Source of the DNA: Lama glama
Taxonomy: Eukaryota
Direction of reading: 5' to 3'
Assembly (NCBI GenBank): GCA_028534125.1
Contig: CM052818.1
Span: 6,202,001 to 6,266,000 of the forward strand
Length of the DNA stretch: 64,000 nt
In this document: one piece after another, positions 62,501 to 64,000 of the stretch
Position numbering within the stretch: the first letter of the stretch is position 1
Layout: the number at the start of each line of letters is the position of its first letter
Notes under the pieces: generated by a model
Told to the model about the DNA's origin: nothing
Databases searched by the model: none
Seen by the model: only the letters and a program-made list of their open reading frames with translations
Position numbers and translations under genes: made by a program

Positions 62501-64000
62501 TAAATTTTTTAACAGATTTCTCTTTCCCAAACATACAGACCTTAGCCTGATGAATTGCCTATTGAAACAACCCCCATATTTAATTGTTGTCCAGTGCTCT
62601 ACTTTGACCTGTTTTAAACAGAGACACACAAAATGAAGATTTTGTTTTAGTCAACAGTTAAGTAAATTTACCAACATATTTTATCAATTTCTATATTAAC
62701 CAGTATTTCTTCCATCCTATGTCTTTCCTCTGGTGCACTTTTTGTCTTACTAAAGCACAACCCTTACAAGTTCTGTGGGTATCAAACTTTCTTAGCCTTG
62801 GTATGTCTGAAAATGTCCTTGTTTTATTTTCACTTTCAATGATATTATAGCTTATATAAATGATAGATGGATAGATATTTTCTCTGAGCACTTTTGAATA
62901 TAGTAAGTGTCCTCTGGCACCTAATTTTCCTGGTAAGAAACGTTCCTTTAGTCTAATTATCCTTCCTTCAAATTTAATATTTCTTTTCTTCCCTGTAGTT
63001 CCTAAAATTTTAATTAAATCCATGATGTTCTGCAGACTGAACAGGATGTTTCTAGATGTGAGTTTATATTTACTTATGTAGCTCTGTTCTTGGAGTATAT
63101 TTTGATCTGAGTACTCTTGTCTTAATTCAGTACTGAAAATTACCAGCTATTATCTATTGAAACATTGCTTGTCCACCTTTCCTTCCTTTCTTGTCTTTCA
63201 GAAATCTGATTAGATGTATATTAAGCTTCTCAAGTCATCCTTCATGTCTCTTTTCTATCTTGTTTTAATATTCTTAACTTTTTATTTCTCTTTCCTACAT
63301 TCTGGGTGACCACCTCTGTATTGAATTCCAATATGCTAATTCTCTCATCATCTGTTTTATCTAAACTTTATCTCATCTACTGAGTGTTTTATTCTGATGG
63401 TAATAGTTTTACTTCTAATTTTGGCATTGATTCTTTTTCACATTCAACCTTTCTTTCTTTCTTTCTGCCTATTCTTCTTATGTAATATCTTATTCTTTTA
63501 ATGGCTATCATTTCATCCCTAATTAGTATAAGCTCTCTAAAATTATTAACTTAAAGAGTTATTCTGGCCATAACATAAAATTAATTTTATTTGAATAAAT
63601 TAATCTGATTGTTGGTTTGTTGGCTATCTTCCTTAGCTTTTAGTTTCATGGTGTGATTTGAAATTTAGCTTTTGAGGCTTTTAAGTGAGAGGATTTTCAT
63701 AACTGCTTTGTCCTCATTCCTTCTCTATGTTATCTGCATCTGCTCTACTCCTATGGCCAGAGTTCAGAACCTGGCTTGACAAAAGCAGCTTGAGGTCCCT
63801 ACCCCTTGGTGACCTAAGGGCATGAAAGACAAAAATATCAGCCAAAAAGGAGTTTGATCTAGTTCAGGATCTCAAGACTCTAAGTGCCCTACCTTTCCTG
63901 GGTTTGTAGATTCTTTGAAGCTACAGTCCAGCAGCAGCTGACAGCACTGCTTTTAGCCATAGAGGGAACTACACCCTTGCCTCTGGCTTCCAGCAGTAAG

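Larger units (their letters stand above)
58040..63700 (-). mobile_element. Ancient L1M (L1ME/L1MD-like) remnant spanning 3'UTR, ORF2 fragments and ORF1
   Basis: T-rich L1 antisense motifs throughout (e.g. 'ctctattctattccattgatct...tgccaataccatactgtctta'); minus-strand 62691-63023 translation 'IKFEGRIIRL...GARG...KVLREN.YPSIIY...TFSDIPRLRKF' resembles the L1 ORF1p C-terminal region. Confidence 0.8.

Noticed and set aside
1..64000. Naming a host gene
   Set aside because: No coding exon was recognised, so any gene symbol would be a guess; this needs BLAT or liftover of the repeat-free blocks

Overview
Mammalian (eutherian) genomic DNA, not prokaryotic. Two tRNA-Ala(AGC)-derived SINEs resemble the camelid vic-1 type, so the source is most likely a camel, alpaca or llama. 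Two fixed 500-N gaps indicate a scaffolded assembly. I find no host protein-coding exon I can recognise. The only real protein similarity in the ORF track is to decayed LINE-1 ORF2 (RT motifs, ~46.3-46.45 kb) and ORF1 (~62.7-63.0 kb). The window reads as intronic or intergenic DNA rich in ancient repeats (MIR, L2, L1M, MLT1, LTR33, MER5/20/33, MADE2, Tigger2-type), separated by repeat-free, motif-dense blocks that look like conserved enhancers. The best leads are: (1) a CpG-rich promoter-like element at ~37.6-38.2 kb plus several strong minus-strand splice signals to its left, possibly a spliced non-coding or 5'UTR transcript, with one or two AG|GT recursive-splice-like sites; (2) an orphan poly(A)-tailed, TSD-flanked retro-insertion made of MIR/L2 sequence inside an old L1; (3) a probable L1-associated deletion; (4) three tandem RBPJ/CSL sites; (5) a perfect 19-bp x3 minisatellite. 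Repeat subfamily names come from my recall of consensus sequences and boundaries are approximate. I cannot support a claim of a new biological system from this sequence alone.
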